Assembly (NCBI GenBank): GCA_050741585.1
Contig: JBOIFK010000267.1
Location: 1-39,576 of the forward strand
Source of the DNA: Nitrosospira sp.
GTDB lineage: Bacteria > Pseudomonadota > Gammaproteobacteria > Burkholderiales > Nitrosomonadaceae
Direction of reading: 5' to 3'
Length of the DNA: 39,576 nucleotides
The notes beneath the pieces were generated by a model. It worked only from the letters and a program-made list of their open reading frames with translations, ran no database searches and was not told the origin of the DNA. The translations under genes were made by a program, and so were the position numbers. Positions 39,364-39,576 of this stretch are shown here, one piece after another. How positions within the stretch are numbered: position 1 is the first letter of the stretch; every line of letters starts with the position of its first letter.

Positions 39364-39576
39364 TTATATTTTCTGTCTTGCCGCCGAGCATTTTGCTTCC
39401 AGTTCCTCCCATCGGGTGAGAGAGTTCATGAGCTCGGTTTCAATGGTGGCAAGGCGTTTTTGCAAGGAGCCGGCTTTATCCGGGCAATCACGGTAAATAG
39501 TCGGAGAACATAACTGGCGGGTAATGTCCGTCTGTTCGCGCTCCAGAATTTCAATTTTCGATGGCAACTCGTCAAG
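39364..39576 (-). CDS. C-terminal fragment of a Uup-like ABC-F ATPase (runs off the window)
   Basis: LDELPSKIEILEREQ...RWEELE coiled-coil tail typical of Uup. Confidence 0.75.
   Translation of the reverse strand, partial: LDELPSKIEILEREQTDITRQLCSPTIYRDCPDKAGSLQKRLATIETELMNSLTRWEELEAKCSAARQKI

Overview
This 39.6 kb window is mostly core genome from a betaproteobacterium; gene content and order suggest Nitrosomonadales such as Nitrosospira (inference, not verified). In order it carries prmA, a zinc-ribbon/DUF3426 gene, mlaFEDCB, an ABC-2 pair, bolA, convergent ftsY-ftsE-ftsX-rpoH, an M16 peptidase pair, rsmD-coaD-ferredoxin, yggS, dnaE, a YheT-like hydrolase directly behind tRNA-Lys(UUU), thiO, yebC-ruvCAB, ybgC-tolQRAB-pal-cpoB-queEC, aat-bpt, a secreted TPR protein, pyrD-rnfB-nth-DUF1841, two monoheme cytochromes c and the 3' end of a Uup-like ABC-F gene. 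I found no transposase, integrase, CRISPR array or defence operon, and I cannot support a wholly new multi-gene system. The most unusual items are: (1) a 174-bp MITE-like element with perfect 19-bp terminal inverted repeats and a TAA duplication between the TPR gene and pyrD; (2) tolA split by a one-base frameshift at an A6 run; (3) a 105-bp nested palindrome over the ruvC start region, next to a 15-bp tandem repeat; (4) a decayed repeat shared by intergenic regions 36 kb apart; (5) several palindromic candidate regulatory sites. All calls come from reading the sequence by eye; no database searches were run.
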